Source: Anthoceros angustus
Taxonomy: Eukaryota; Plantae; Anthocerotophyta
NCBI GenBank assembly: GCA_010909165.1
Contig: VJWM01000204.1
Coordinates: 124,001 to 188,000, forward strand
DNA length: 64,000 bases
Reading direction: 5' to 3'
Positions 63,916-64,000 of the stretch are shown here, one piece after another. Position 1 is the first letter of the stretch. Each line of letters opens with the position of its first letter. The notes under the pieces are model-generated. The model saw only the letters and a list, made by a program, of their open reading frames with translations, ran no database searches and was not told the DNA's origin. A program made the translations under genes and the position numbers.

Positions 63916-64000
63916 ATGGCGGGGCGGGGCGGGCAGATGCGGGCGCTGCGCACGTGCAGAGGAGCGAGGATCGGTGGGAGCCCGTGCCAGCGGCGGGAGA
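63916..64000 (+). other. Possible start of a divergent gene running off the right edge of the window
   Basis: ATG in CCATGG context opens MAGRGGQMRALRTCRGARIGG..., which stays open to the window end in a GC-rich region. No family motif is visible. Confidence 0.2.

Overview
Eukaryotic nuclear DNA from a gene-dense, short-intron (about 90-140 nt GT-AG) seed-free land plant with flagellated sperm. It most resembles a hornwort (Anthoceros-like); this is an inference from gene content and compactness. About 20 protein-coding genes are supportable: FHY1-type HAD, INSIG-like membrane protein, GT4, IMPACT/YigZ, plastid uL4, BIR-type LRR pseudokinase, NagZ-type GH3, FAM32A, HRQ1 helicase, MNS1, two SMP/LEA-type paralogues, germin-like protein, P2A (SERCA/ECA) ATPase, PLS-E+ PPR, mitochondrial Rieske, an ODA-docking-complex-like coiled-coil gene, plastid GNAT and an O-fucosyltransferase-family gene. 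There is also a tRNA-Asn(GTT). Three accessory zones: (i) 1-2100, the 5' LTR/PBS/gag start of an LTR retrotransposon; (ii) 28800-34100, a tandem gene duplication split by a 1.4 kb higher-order satellite; (iii) 48000-56300, a TE island with a decayed CRE-like non-LTR RT and head-to-head GHTH-D-DQ-type transposase-like paralogues. Top leads: an intact but very divergent, AT-rich ODA-DC2/CCDC114-like gene in a lineage whose sperm are thought to lack outer dynein arms (with MNS1 in the same window); a SERCA-type pump whose two extra 5' exons encode a plastid-transit-peptide-like extension and which lacks the ER-retrieval tail; SMP paralogues differing in a CaaX prenylation tail; and a bacterial-type NagZ. 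Family calls come from recalled motifs, not database searches. The uL4 gene shows G-homopolymer deletions typical of long-read error, so single frameshifts elsewhere are not proof of pseudogenes.
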